The notes beneath the pieces are model-generated. The model had not been told where the DNA came from. It saw nothing but the letters and a program-made list of their open reading frames with translations, and did not search any database. A DNA stretch of 64,000 nucleotides, from the NCBI GenBank assembly GCA_038131935.1, contig JAYPQH010000017.1, forward strand, positions 32,001 through 96,000. Direction: 5' to 3'. The position numbers were made by a program, and so were the translations under genes. Shown one piece after another: positions 1 through 11,693 of this stretch. Source of the DNA: Alphaproteobacteria bacterium (GTDB lineage Bacteria; Pseudomonadota; Alphaproteobacteria; UBA8317). Each line of letters begins with the position of its first letter. Within the stretch, counting starts at the first letter, position 1.

Positions 1-3000
1 AGTTGGTTCGGCAAGTGAGGAATTGGTATTTGCACTGGTTGTACATGATGGTGTGTCAGATTCTCTTCCCGCAATGGTGAAGGTCACTGTTGATGCGCCT
101 GCAAACAGCCGTCCATTATCAGATGCAGGTCACAACCAATCTGTGTCATCAGGCTCTTCTGTGATCTTGGATGGAGGTGGTTCATCTGATGCAGATGGTC
201 AGGATTTGGGTTATCTCTGGATGCAAATCTCTGGTCCATCGGTTGTTTTGTCCGATGCAACATCGATACGCCCAACCTTTACCGCACCATTGTTGGATAT
301 TGGTGATGAAGCGGCCAGCCTCATATTCTCGTTGGTTGTGAATGATGGGTTTGAGAGTTCACTGGCCGATGAGGTGACGGTTACGGTCAATGCACCTGCA
401 AACAGCCGTCCATTATCAGATGCAGGTGACAACCAATGAGTGCCATCAGGCTCTTCTGTGATCTTGGATGGAGGTGGTTCATCTGATGCAGATGGTCAGG
501 ATTTGGGTTATCTTTGGACGCAAATCTCTGGTCCATCCGTTGAGATATCAAATGCCTATCATCCCCGACCGTCATTTGTATCGCCTTATCTTCAACCAGG
601 GGAGCAACCCATTGAAATTATATTTGGTTTAACGGTCCATGATGGTTTTGAAGATTCGTCTTTGAGTACGGTAGCGATCACTGTTCAATCCCCATCTAAT
701 ACAGTTCCGATTGCCGACGCTGGTATTGATCAAATTGTTACATCAGGCGCGTTGGTCTCTCTTGATGGTTCAGGATCAGAGGATTTTGATGGACAAGACT
801 TGATATATAACTGGTCACAAGTTTCAGGTGTTGATGTCACACTATCGGATACACAGCTTGCTACTCCGCAGTTCATGGCGCCAATTTTGAATGTTGGCGA
901 TTTGCCTGCAACCTTTATCTTTGCATTAAGGGTCTCGGATGGCTTTGATGAATCTGAACCAACTTTTACGACTGTACAGGTAACAGCCCCTTCTAACTCA
1001 GAACCATTCGCCTATGCAGGACAAAATCAAATTGTAACATCTGGCTCTTCGGTTACACTTGATGGTGGTGGTTCATCCGATGTTGATGGTCAGGATTTGA
1101 GTTATCTCTGGACACAAATCTCTGGTCCATCTGTTGTGTTGTCCGATGCGAGATCGGTAAGCCCAAGTTTTACCGTACCAACTTTGGATGTTTTGGACGC
1201 TGAGGTCATTTTAGAGTTTGGTTTGACTGTTTCTGATGGATTTTCCCGGTCTGGGTTGGATCGGGTCTTGGTTACAATAACCCCACCTGAAAATAATATT
1301 CCCATGGCGGATGCTGGTAGGAGTCAGCTTGTTTTATCACAGACCGTTGTATCGCTCGATGGCACAAATTCAAGTGATGGTGATAACAACCCTCTTACCT
1401 ACCAATGGAATCAATTGGCAGGGCCAGTGGTCGCATTGTCTGATGCAACATCACCAAAACCAAGTTTTTCAGCTCCATTGGTACAGCCAGGGCAATCTGG
1501 TGTTGTTCTTGAATTTGGATTGGTGGTGAATGATGGCTTTGTGGATTCGCTGGTTGATAAGGTTGTTGTCGCTGTGCAATCTCAATTCACGCCAATACCT
1601 TTTGCTGACGCAGGGAGTAACCAGCTTATTCAAAGTGGATCTCTTGTTCAGTTGGATGGCTCGAATTCATATGTATTTGGCAATGAACAAGCCAGTAAAA
1701 CCTATATTTGGACGCAGGTTTCAGGCCCAACCGTAACATTGTTGGACAACCAAGATGCAAAGCCAACATTTGTGGCACCTATCCTTGCTGTCGGCCAAGA
1801 TGATGTCACCATGGGCTTTAGGCTGGTGGTGGATGATGGGACGCGCCAATCTGCTGCTGATGATGTGGAGATCACGGTTCAAGCTCCAGAGAACAAAATA
1901 CCAACTGCAGATGCTGGTATTGATCAAATTGTCGCTGCGGGTGAGCTAATTTCATTAGATGCCACAAGGTCGCAAGATCCAGACGGGCATTCATTGACGT
2001 ACATTTGGTCTCAAATTGGTGGTCCAAATGTTGATTTGTCGGATAGCTCATCTGCACGTCCTTCCTTCGTAACACCAACGCTAAATTTTGGAGATTTGGA
2101 CCAAGAATTGCTCTTTGGTTTGTTTGTCAACGACGGCTTTGATCAATCAAGTTTGAGCATGGTGAGGGTCAAGGTAAAAGCCCCTGTGGCGAAACGCCCA
2201 ATCGCAGATGCAGGGCCTGATATGCTGGTAAAAAATAGTGAAAAGGTTCTTTTATCTGCTTCGGACTCCCGCTTAGGGTCTGGACCTGGTCCTTTAACCT
2301 ATCTGTGGACTCAGATTTCTGGTCCTAGTGTCATGTTAAATGACGTCACATCACAGGTGCCGGTATTTACAGCACCATCATTAATGCCTTCTTCACCCCA
2401 AGTGATATTACGGTTTGAGCTAAGAGTAAGCGATGGATTAACCACGTCTACCCCTGATTTGGTGACCGTTACCGTAAGAGCCGCAGATAATAATAAGCCC
2501 GTTGCTGATGCGGGGGATTCTCAATCTGTCTCTTCTAATGCGTTGGTTTTTCTCGATGGCACGGCTTCAAAAGACCGTGATGGCCATGCGCTTTCATATC
2601 ATTGGACGCAAATTTCAGGTGAAGATGTCATATTGTCAGATGCCGAAGCTGCGCGTCTTAATTTTAAAGCCCCAACTTTGGATGTGGGAGATGATCCTGT
2701 TGAATTAACTTTTGAACTGGTTGTTTTTGATGGTTTCATACATTCCGCACCAAATCAGACAAAGGTAACGGTTTTACCGCCACTGAACAGATTGCCCATC
2801 GCAGATGCCGGACAAAATCAAACTGTTGAGATGGGGAAGGTCGTTACACTAGATGGCACGGAATCATTTGACCGCGATGGACAAGATTTGTCTTACAATT
2901 GGTCGCAGGTTTCTGGCTTCCATGTTGTCTTATCGGATCACACTCTAGCGCAGCCAACCTTTACCGCTCCGATATTGACTGCTGATCAGCAAGATCAGGA

Positions 3001-6000
3001 GGTCGTTTTTAGACTTGTTGTGAATGATGGGGTGGGGGACTCTGGACAAAGCTTTGTTGTGGTTACAGTTCAGGGATCTTCAACAACCAATCAAATGCCT
3101 GTAGCCGATCCTGGGTTAAGCATAATTGCGAATTCTGGTGCGCTGATATCTATAGATGGGTCAGCGTCTTTTGGTTTTGGGCAAGAAGCATTGTTGTACA
3201 ATTGGTCACAGATTTCAGGCCCCACTGTGGTTTTATCAAACCCCTCCTCTGACAAACCAACCTTCGTGGCGCCATCTCTAAAACGTGATGAGTCGAATCA
3301 GTCATTATTGTTTTCACTTGTTGTACAGGACGAATTGGGCAGTTCGGAACCAAAATTTGTTGATGTGACGGTTGTAGCGCCCAGGAATAGGGTGCCTATC
3401 GCCGATGCGGGTGTGAACAAAACAACAATTTCAGGTTACTCGATTGTTCTTGATGGCTCACGATCTACTGATGCAGATGGAGATGTGCTGACCTACAACT
3501 GGGAACAGGTTTTGGGGGCTGATGTCTCATTATCTAACCCTAAATCTGCGACACCTATTTTTGAAACACCTGTTTTGCATATAGGTGATCTTAATCAAAC
3601 CTTTGCCTTTGATCTTACGGTTGATGATGGTTTCGAACTTTCACAGCCCAGTCGTGTTTTTGTGACCGTAGAAGCGCCACAAAATATGATTCCTTTTGCT
3701 GACGCCGGTGCCGACCAAAGGGTTGTTTCTGCTTCAACAGTTGTTCTAACTGGTGGAAATTCGTATGATCCGAATGGTCAAGCGTTGCGCTTTCACTGGC
3801 AACAACTTTCTGGACCGCTTGTTGATTTGTCGGATGAGAGCGCCGTTCAACCAATATTCAAAGCACCCGATATAGATGTGGGATTATCACATCAAACATT
3901 GGTGTTTTCGTTGATTGTGCATGATGGATTGGCCGCTTCGGTTGCAGATACTATTGTCATTACGGTTGAGCCAGCAAATGCCCCTGAAAGACCTCTGGCG
4001 GATGCGGGTCGTGATCTCATGGTGGATTCCAACATTGTGGTCGAATTAAATGGCACCCGATCACAGCCACAAGGTGATACGCCATTACAGTTTACCTGGA
4101 CACAAGTGGCAGGCAAAGCTGTCAATCTTTTGGACCCATCATCTGCGCGTCCACGCTTTCGAAGCATGAAGTTATCTATTGGCGATGACGTCGAAGATTT
4201 ACAATTCAAACTTATTGTTGATGATGGACTCATGGAATCTTATCCAAGTTTTGTGCGGGTTTCAGTGCATCCCCCAAAAAATACCATTCCTATTGCGGAT
4301 GCTGGCGTAGATCGAGCTATACAATCTGGTGAAACTGTATTTTTAACGGCATTAGGATCAAGTGATGCTGATGGTCAGGGTTTATCCTACAGCTGGACGC
4401 AAGTGACGGGAACACCTGTCCAGCTCTCTGATCCTCAAAGTGCAGAGCCTAGCTTTGTTGCTCCTTTTTTGAATGTTCACAATACCCCCGAGATACTCGT
4501 TTTTTCTGTAGCGGTAAGTGATGGATATGCGGTCTCTGAACCTGATTTTGTAAGCTTAACTGTTGTTTCACCGCCTGAGGAGAACGCACCAATAGCCCAT
4601 GCTGGAGAAAGCCAAGATGTTGATGCTGGGTCTTTGGTTATGTTGGATGGATCTGCGTCTCGTGACGCGACGGGTCAGCCGTTGACCTATGAGTGGAAAC
4701 AAGTTTCTGGAACTTCAGTAAAATTGTTGAATGCATCAACGGCCAAACCAAATTTTGTTGCGCCCGTGCTTGATGTGGGTGACAGCTCATCACTTTTGGT
4801 TTTCTCCCTAACAGTTAACAATGGGCGCTCGGTGTCGCTTGCTGATCAGGTGCAGGTTACAGTTCATGCGCCATTGAATACAAAACCTATGGCGCAGGCT
4901 GGAGAAGATATCACCGTAGCATCTGCCAGTACTGTCAAATTAGATGGATCAGCTTCTTTTGATAATGATGGTCAGGCATTACGTTTTCATTGGCAACAAG
5001 TCGGTGGGGAAACAGTAACCCTCTCAGGCAGTTCGGATATACAACCTTCCTTCTTATCACCTACGTTGAATATTGGTGCGGCTGCCAAAGTTCTCTCATT
5101 TTCTTTAATCGTCAATGATGGCATTGAGGATTCAATAGCTGATCTTGTTCAAGTAACTGTTGTGGCACCGCAAAATACTGTTCCATTGGCTGACGCGGGT
5201 ATGGATCAAGTGGTTCGTTACGGTTCTTTTGTTACGTTGGATGGGGCGGGTTCTTCCGATGCTGATGCACATATGTTGACATACAAATGGACGCAAACTT
5301 CTGGGCCGACGGTCGAGTTATCAGACTCTACAGTTGCTCAGCCAACCTTTTTGGCACCCATGTTAGACATCCATCAGGCAAACATTGATGTTGAATTTTC
5401 TTTGGTTGTTCATGACGGATATGACATGTCTGAACCGGCAAATGTCCGTATTACGATTGAGGCTCCTACCAATGACCCCCCAATTCCTCATGCTGGTATG
5501 AATCAGGTGGTCAAGGCCGGCTCTCAGGTTATTCTGGACGGTAGTGCTTCAGCGGATGCACAAGGGGATCTTATTATGTACCGCTGGCGTCAGATTGATG
5601 GCATGAATGTTACCTTATCGGACGATACAAGCATGCAGCCCCATTTTATGGCGCCCATGGTTTCGAATCCGCAGGTCATGCATTTCGCGCTCAAGACATT
5701 TGATGATTTTCACGCAGAGGATGATGTCGAACAAGAAGACGTGGTCGCAGTTACTGTATTACCAAAAGCGTTGTATCCGGAAATCATTCCTATTCAAGAT
5801 CAGACAAGCCTTCTTAATCAGAAAGTAAGCTACGGCGTGCGAATGTCCAAGGATGTAACGTTACCAGTTGTCTTCACCGCGGATAATTTGCCTGTTGGCT
5901 TGCAATTACATAATCTTACGGGATTGATTTCTGGTATCCCAACTGAACTTGGTGAGCGTAAGGTCACGATTACTGCAACGATAGACAATTACAGTGCAGA

Positions 6001-7109
6001 TGTAACATTTCTATGGACAGTTATTGAGCTTCCTGATCCTCGAGAAGATCCTATCTTGCGTTCTACCCTTAAAGCGATGGGTGATATGACGATTCGATCA
6101 GCCAAAAGAGGGTTTGAGTTATTAGATGCACGTTTAGATACCTTGCTAACACTTGATGCCACTTCTCGAGATAATATCAGCGCTCAAGGTGTTAAGTTTG
6201 CTTTTGTTGACCCCACAATACAGGATATGGTCAACCAGACGGGTATCCTTTCATCCATGCAATTTCGTGACAAAAGTTTGCTTCCTGAGGGCTGGGCGGT
6301 ATGGACTGAGGGAACCATTACCTATGGCCAGCGCGATGGTGATCGAATTGACAACAATATGCGTTTTTCAACCAATGCCATTGGTCTTGGTGCAGATTAT
6401 CGCATCAATAGTGAAGCTCTAATTGGGGTTTCCGCACAGTATGTTACAGATGAGACGCGCGTAGGTGGCTATCAAGGTGTCGTTGATTTCACGGGTCATT
6501 ATGCAAACTTATACGGATCTTACCAGGTAGGTGAGGCGCAATATTTTCAAGGGGTGCTTGGGTATGGTGCCTTAAAGATGGATATGTCGAGGTTCTCGGA
6601 GGGAAGCATATTCACAGCAAGCAGGTCAGGTGACCAATTGCAGGGGCTTTTACGTTTCACCTATCATCAACCATTAGATGAGTTTTTACTCAAGCCTTAT
6701 GGTGAAATAAAACATGTAAATGCCAGTTTAGGTTCTTATGACGAAAGAGGTGGACTGGGTGCCTTTCATGTCTACAAACAAAATATAAGAAGTACCGTTT
6801 TTGGTGTAGGTCTTGGGGTTGATCGGACCATTGATTTTGGTTCCAACCAGACTCATTCTTGGTGTGGATCTCTCTTTTGATAAAAATGTGGAAAGCCAAG
6901 ATGATCCACATGTCCATTATCATGTGGCACCGCTCAATGTTTTTTCATTCAACGAAGAGGAGAATGCTGCTACGCAATTGGCCGGTGGGGTGGGTATAAG
7001 GTATGTACATGAGGACGGAATTTCTTGGCGCTTGGGTTATGAGTATATGAGACGTGGCGAATATGAGGAAGCCCATAATCTTAAGGTGGGGTTGGGCATA
7101 TCTTTTTGA
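1..7109 (+). CDS. Giant autotransporter (type Va) adhesin, 5'-truncated by the window: tandem PKD/K319-like repeats, a putative Ig (He_PIG-like) domain and a C-terminal beta-barrel. Has an in-frame TGA at 437-439 and a +1 frameshift near 6843.
   Basis: Frame open from base 2. ORFs 23..439 and 440..6880 are in the same frame. Repeat consensus PxADAGxxQxVxSGxxVxLDGSxSxDxDGxxLxYxWxQxSGPxVxL...PxFxAP. LPVGLQLHNLTGLISGIPT is a He_PIG-like motif. A PDPREDP linker helix leads to barrel strands (WAVWTEGTITYG). ORF 6813..7109 supplies the last strands and ends LKVGLGISF (terminal Phe). Confidence 0.85.
95..5760 (+). repeat. Intragenic tandem array of 19 complete ~297-300 bp (~99 aa) PKD/K319-like units, plus a partial unit at the window start
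   Basis: P-x-A-D-A-G-type motif recurs near 105, 402, 700, 995, 1292, 1590, 1893, 2192, 2490, 2786, 3088, 3386, 3683, 3986, 4280, 4583, 4878, 5174 and 5471. The first two units are near-identical in DNA over ~150 bp at an offset of 297. Confidence 0.9.
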
Positions 7110-7278
7110 TGAATTTGGTTAGGCGTCTGCTAAAGCACTCATGCGGTGGTAAGGTTTTTACGAAAAGATTTTTTGGATGGTAAATCTGTCTGGTGTATGA
7201 TGATTTCTTTTTCTGGCCTGTTGTCTGAAGCTAAATGGGTTTAACAAATCAATTGCGCATAAACTATGAGGTTTTTTC

Positions 7279-8605
7279 ATGACACGCATGCTGCTTGGGC
7301 TAACCTTATGTCTTGTCATATCAGCTGTAGTGTTTGGGGATATTCTATGGCGTTTCCCCGTTTCTGGATTAAGTATGTATTTTGGTGTTGTTGCGCTGAT
7401 AGCTATGTCAGTAGCACAGATTATAGCTTGTCGCGTGAGGATGTCTGAATGGATTTTAGGGCCTCTTGACCAGCAATACTACCTTCATAAATGGTTAGCT
7501 TTCTTGGCGGTGGCAGCCATGTTTCTTCATGATAGTATTGATGCTGAGATTGCCGGTTTGAATGCGCCATTTGGATTGAAGGATATTGGTAAGCTATTTG
7601 GGGAATGGGGCTATTACGGCGTTTTGATATTGGTTGCTACAACACTTGCAACTTTTATACCCTATCACCTGTGGAAGTTGACTCATAAATTCATGGGTTT
7701 TGTCTTCCTTCTGTCCTTTTGTCATTTTCTTCTCATGCCAAAGCCATTTTCGTTAGGAAGCCCAACAGGCATCACTGTTTTGTTTTTTTGTACTTCTGGT
7801 TTGCTGGCCTACATCGTAACATTGTTTCGAGATAAGCTCACCAGCGTATGGATGCCCTACCAAGTTAAACAAATTGAAAGCTCTGGCTCAGCAACCAGTT
7901 TGATTTTGGAGCCCGTGGATCAACATATGCGTCATAAACCGGGCCAATTCGCTTTCTTGCGTTCTGACTTGGTTGGGTTTCAAGAAGCACATCCATTTAC
8001 AATATCAAATGCGCCGAATGCTCGTGGCCTTGTTAGGTTTACGATCAAATCTTTGGGAGATTATACCTCAAAACTCAATGATTTGTTCACTGTTGGCTCA
8101 TTTTGTCATGTTCAAGGGGCGTTTGGTCGGTTTTTTCCAATATGTGATGACAAAGAACAAATTTGGATTGCTGCCGGTATTGGTATTACGCCGTTTTTAG
8201 CATGGCTTGATGATACATCATTTGGGTCAAAAGCAGATATTCAGTTTTTTGTGACCGTTTATGACAAATCGCATATCCCTCATTTAGCAGAACTCCACGC
8301 GCATGTTGAACGTCATCCTAATATTCATTTGCATGTTATTTGAAACCTATCATGAAGATCGCCTTAACGTCGAAAAAATGTGCGCTCACATCAAATTTCC
8401 AAACCGATGCCGGGTATATTATTGTGGTCCCCAAGAATGGGGAAAAATACTTAAAAAGAATTTTTTAGCAAAGGGAGTGCCTGTATCTTCATTCCATCAT
8501 GAATATTTTGTTTTGAGGTCCGGGATCGATAAAGAGCTGGTTAAAAAAGCTCTGGTGGTACTTAAATATATTCTTACATGGATGATGCGTCGGATTCCTC
8601 GGTGA
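7279..8605 (+). CDS. Ferric reductase-like transmembrane protein with FAD- and NAD-binding (FNR-type) domains; +1 frameshift near 8340
   Basis: TM helices carry heme-ligand His motifs (LHKWL, LH, THK, CH), then EAHPFTIS, GAFGRF and IWIAAGIGITPF. The C-terminus (VYYCGP...FHHEYF) lies in ORF 8303..8605; removing one T from ATTT restores the frame. Confidence 0.85.
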
Positions 8606-8648
8606 TGTGTAGATTTATTATTTTACCTAACTGACGGTGTTTGTCTTC

Positions 8649-8677
8649 TTGATGATTAGATAACTCTCGTCTATAAG
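8649..8677 (+). promoter_or_regulatory. Putative sigma70 promoter of tRNA-Gly
   Basis: TTGATG-N17-TATAAG, ending 30 nt before the tRNA. Confidence 0.55.
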
Positions 8678-8706
8678 GATTTCCTGCCGTGCATTATTTA
8701 TGGCGC

Positions 8707-8781
<75 letters not shown>

Positions 8782-8873
8782 AGATATTTCCACTTTCTTT
8801 ATCTTTTCAACAAACCGCCAAACTGATTGTTTGTTCCATTTGAGCTTCATTTGAACCCGATTTCGATCCTCCC

Positions 8874-8902
8874 TTGACAAGGTTCCATTATTGCTTCAAT
8901 TC
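8874..8902 (+). promoter_or_regulatory. Possible promoter of tuf copy 1
   Basis: Perfect TTGACA -35 with a weak -10 (CAATTC) 17 nt downstream, followed by GC-rich bases. Confidence 0.4.
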
Positions 8903-8938
8903 GCGTCAAAATTTTCATTTTTTTTGGGGCATAAGCAA

Positions 8939-10129
8939 ATGGCAAAAGCAAAGTTTGAGCGTAACAAGCCGCACTGCAACATAGGGACGATTGGGCATGT
9001 TGACCATGGTAAGACGTCATTGACTGCAGCGATCACGAAGATATTGGCGGAAGCTGGTGGAGCTGAGTTTGCGGCCTATGATGATATTGATAAGGCCCCG
9101 GAAGAGAAGGCCCGTGGTATAACGATATCGACGGCACATGTTGAGTATGAGACGGAAGCCCGTCACTATGCGCATGTTGATTGCCCTGGTCACGCGGATT
9201 ACGTGAAGAACATGATCACGGGAGCTGCGCAGATGGACGGAGCGATATTGGTTGTTTCAGCTGCTGATGGGCCTATGCCGCAGACACGTGAGCATATTTT
9301 GTTGGCACGTCAGGTTGGTGTTCCAGCGTTGGTTGTGTTTTTGAACAAGGTAGATCAGGTAGACGACGAAGAGTTGTTGGAGCTTGTAGAGATGGAAGTT
9401 CAAGAGCTTTTGACGGAGTATGAGTTTCCTGGTGATGAGATTCCGATTATTAAGGGTTCAGCGTTGTCAGCGTTGGAAGATCGGAATGACGAGATTGGTC
9501 GTAATGCGATATTAGAGCTGATGCAGGCTGTTGATGATTATATTCCGCAGCCGGATCGTCCGATTGACCAGGACTTTTTGATGCCGATTGAAGATGTATT
9601 TTCGATTTCGGGTCGTGGTACTGTTGTGACGGGACGTATTGAGCGTGGTATTTTGTCAGTAGGTGATGAAGTCGAGATTATTGGGATCCGGGATACGCAG
9701 AAGACGACCTGTACAGGTGTTGAGATGTTCCGTAAGTTGTTGGATCGCGGAGAGGCTGGAGACAATGTTGGAGCGTTGTTGCGTGGTATTGACCGTGAGG
9801 GTGTTGAGCGAGGTCAGGTATTGGCGAAGCCAGGATCGATTAAGCCGCACACGAAGTTTAAGGCTGAGACTTATATTTTGACGAAGGAAGAAGGTGGCCG
9901 TCACACGCCATTTTTTGCGAATTATCGTCCTCAGTTTTACTTCCGGACGACGGATGTTACCGGGATGGTGAAGTTACCGGATGGAACAGAGATGGTTATG
10001 CCTGGAGATAACATTGCGCTTGAGGTTGAGTTGATAGCTCCGATTGCGATGGAAGAGGGTTTACGCTTTGCGATCCGTGAAGGTGGCCGCACGGTCGGTG
10101 CTGGGGTTGTGGCGACAGTTCTGGACTGA
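8939..10129 (+). CDS. tuf: Elongation factor Tu (copy 1)
   Basis: [38 protein letters not shown]; 396 aa. Start set at ATG 8939 by identity with copy 2. Confidence 0.99.
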   Translation: MAKAKFERNKPHCNIGTIGHVDHGKTSLTAAITKILAEAGGAEFAAYDDIDKAPEEKARGITISTAHVEYETEARHYAHVDCPGHADYVKNMITGAAQMDGAILVVSAADGPMPQTREHILLARQVGVPALVVFLNKVDQVDDEELLELVEMEVQELLTEYEFPGDEIPIIKGSALSALEDRNDEIGRNAILELMQAVDDYIPQPDRPIDQDFLMPIEDVFSISGRGTVVTGRIERGILSVGDEVEIIGIRDTQKTTCTGVEMFRKLLDRGEAGDNVGALLRGIDREGVERGQVLAKPGSIKPHTKFKAETYILTKEEGGRHTPFFANYRPQFYFRTTDVTGMVKLPDGTEMVMPGDNIALEVELIAPIAMEEGLRFAIREGGRTVGAGVVATVLD

Positions 10130-10183
10130 TCTGTCCAACATGTAAGGTTCCCGACCGGGCTATTGGTTCCCGGTCGGTGTTGT
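8939..10183 (+). repeat. 1245-bp direct repeat (tuf plus 54 nt of 3' flank); partner at 25198..26442
   Basis: Offset 16259 bp. Only 4 synonymous differences seen by eye. Confidence 0.97.
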
Positions 10184-10189
10184 CTTTTT
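10151..10189 (+). terminator. GC-rich hairpin after tuf (terminator or stabilising stem)
   Basis: CCGACCGGG-N9-CCCGGTCGG followed by TGTTGTCTTTTT; identical stem at 26410-26436. Confidence 0.55.
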
Positions 10190-10258
10190 AAGAAAACTAT
10201 CCCTTGCCAGGAAAGGTTCGTTCTGGCATACACCAGTTTTTCCGGTTTTCGGGGCTTT

Positions 10259-10334
10259 AGGAGTGTAGCTCAGTTGGTAGAGCACCGGTCTCCAAAACCG
10301 GGTGTCGGGGGTTCGAATCCCTCCACTCCTGCCA
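10259..10334 (+). tRNA. tRNA-Trp(CCA)
   Basis: Acceptor stem AGGAGTG/CACTCCT, anticodon arm CCGGT-CTCCAAA-ACCGG, GGTTCGAATCC, CCA end; usual position before secE. Confidence 0.97.
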
Positions 10335-10426
10335 AACATACATGGCATGGTATTTGTTATGTTGCCGATTGGTGTGAGCTGTTGGAGGCTAGAGTGGTCG
10401 GTTTGTTACTTGTTGGAAATGGGGAA

Positions 10427-10624
10427 ATGGGCAAAACATCACCAAATCAGTTCGTGCGCCAAGTCCGGCAAGAGGCCAGTAAAATTGTTTGGCCAACGCG
10501 ACGTGAAGCAGGTTTAACGACCCTAACTGTGTTTGTCATGGTGGTTATTGCGTCATTGTTTTTTGTTTTGGTGGATCAGGTTTCGGCCTTCCTCATCAGT
10601 CAGCTTTTGGGGCTGGGTAGATAG
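10427..10624 (+). CDS. secE: Preprotein translocase subunit SecE
   Basis: FVRQVRQEASKIVWPTRRE motif plus one TM helix; between tRNA-Trp and nusG. Confidence 0.95.
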   Translation: MGKTSPNQFVRQVRQEASKIVWPTRREAGLTTLTVFVMVVIASLFFVLVDQVSAFLISQLLGLGR

Positions 10625-10649
10625 TATTTTCAGAGGTTAATGCGGTTTT

Positions 10650-11180
10650 ATGGCTCATCGCTGGTACATTGTTCATGCCTATTCTAATTTTGAAAAGAAA
10701 GTCGCCGAGGCTATTTCTGAGCAGGCGGCGTTGAAAGGGCACGAAGACGATTTTTCTGAAATACTTGTTCCAACTGAGGAAGTTGTCGAGGTTCGTCGGG
10801 GAAAAAAATACTCTACTGAACGTCGTTTTTTCCCTGGTTACGTCTTGGTCAAGATGAACATGAACGAAGAGACGTTCCATTTGGTTAAGTCCGTTGGAAA
10901 GGTAACAGGTTTTTTGGGGTCTGGAAGTAAGCCGCAGCCGATTTCCGATGCTGAAGTTGCACACATCATGAATCAAGTTGAGGAGGGTGTTGAGTCTCCA
11001 CGTCCCTCAATCACTTTTGAGGTTGGTGAGGAAGTTCGTGTAACGGACGGTCCGTTCCAGTCATTCTCAGGTGTTGTTGAAGATGTTGATGATGATCGTG
11101 CTCGTTTGAAAGTGGCAGTGTCTATTTTTGGCCGGGCAACGCCTGTAGATTTGGAATATGGACAAGTAGAAAAAACATAG
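10650..11180 (+). CDS. nusG: Transcription termination/antitermination factor NusG
   Basis: RWYIVHAYSNFEKKV, FFPGYVLV, KOW domain ending IFGRATPVDLEYGQVEK. Confidence 0.99.
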   Translation: MAHRWYIVHAYSNFEKKVAEAISEQAALKGHEDDFSEILVPTEEVVEVRRGKKYSTERRFFPGYVLVKMNMNEETFHLVKSVGKVTGFLGSGSKPQPISDAEVAHIMNQVEEGVESPRPSITFEVGEEVRVTDGPFQSFSGVVEDVDDDRARLKVAVSIFGRATPVDLEYGQVEKT

Positions 11181-11187
11181 TTTTTTT

Positions 11188-11216
11188 GGTGGGAGGCTTT
11201 CGCCAGCCTAACCACC
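11188..11216 (+). promoter_or_regulatory. Putative uL1-binding autoregulatory leader of rplK-rplA
   Basis: GGTGG-GAGGCT-TTCGCC-AGCCT-AA-CCACC: two helices around a purine-rich internal loop, upstream of rplK. Confidence 0.65.
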
Positions 11217-11262
11217 GCGCACAAAATGCCGGATTAGTGTCGGCTGAATAGAGGAGTGTGTT

Positions 11263-11693
11263 ATGGCGAAGAAAGTTATTGGCTCGCTGAAGCTTCCAGG
11301 TTCCAGCAGGAAAGGCAAACCCCTCACCGCCCATCGGGCCAGCGTTGGGCCAGCGTGGTTTGAATATTATGGAGTTTTGTAAGGCGTTTAATGCTGCGAC
11401 CCAGGAAATGGAAGCGGGTATGCCAATACCCGTTGTTATTACCATTTTCCAAGATAAGTCATTTACATTCACGACCAAAACCCCGCCGGCGTCCTATTTT
11501 TTGAAAAAAGCAGCTGGCCTGAAATCAGGTGGTAAAGAGCCAGGTCGATCTGTGGCTGGGTCTGTGACAATGGAACAAGTGCGGGGAAATTGCTGAGGCA
11601 AAGATGGCGGACTTGAATGCCAATGATATAGATGCTGCCGGAAAAATTATTGCGGGTTCTGCGCGGGCTATGGGTTTGGAGGTTCGTGATTGA
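11263..11693 (+). CDS. rplK: 50S ribosomal protein L11 (two +1 indels, near 11296 and 11586)
   Basis: Reads [44 protein letters not shown]...[18 protein letters not shown]...MGLEVRD after removing one C and one G (142 aa). Confidence 0.95.

Noticed and set aside
437-439. Selenocysteine or reassigned TGA
   Set aside because: The position is Ser in the sister repeat, which has the same downstream sequence, so there is no specific SECIS. TGA ends many core genes here and tRNA-Trp has a normal CCA anticodon.
95-5760. Adhesin repeats as a CRISPR array or DGR template/variable pair
   Set aside because: The units are ~297-bp coding domains with no spacer structure, differences are not adenine-specific, and the window has no cas or reverse transcriptase gene.
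7200-7278. Fur/Irr/FNR box upstream of the ferric reductase-like gene
   Set aside because: Only an ATCAA half-site and no convincing palindrome.
10163-10426. N-terminally extended SecE ORF (153 aa), and a TTG extension of tuf at 8891
   Set aside because: The SecE extension runs through tRNA-Trp and homology begins at ATG 10427. tuf identity with copy 2 starts at ATG 8939.
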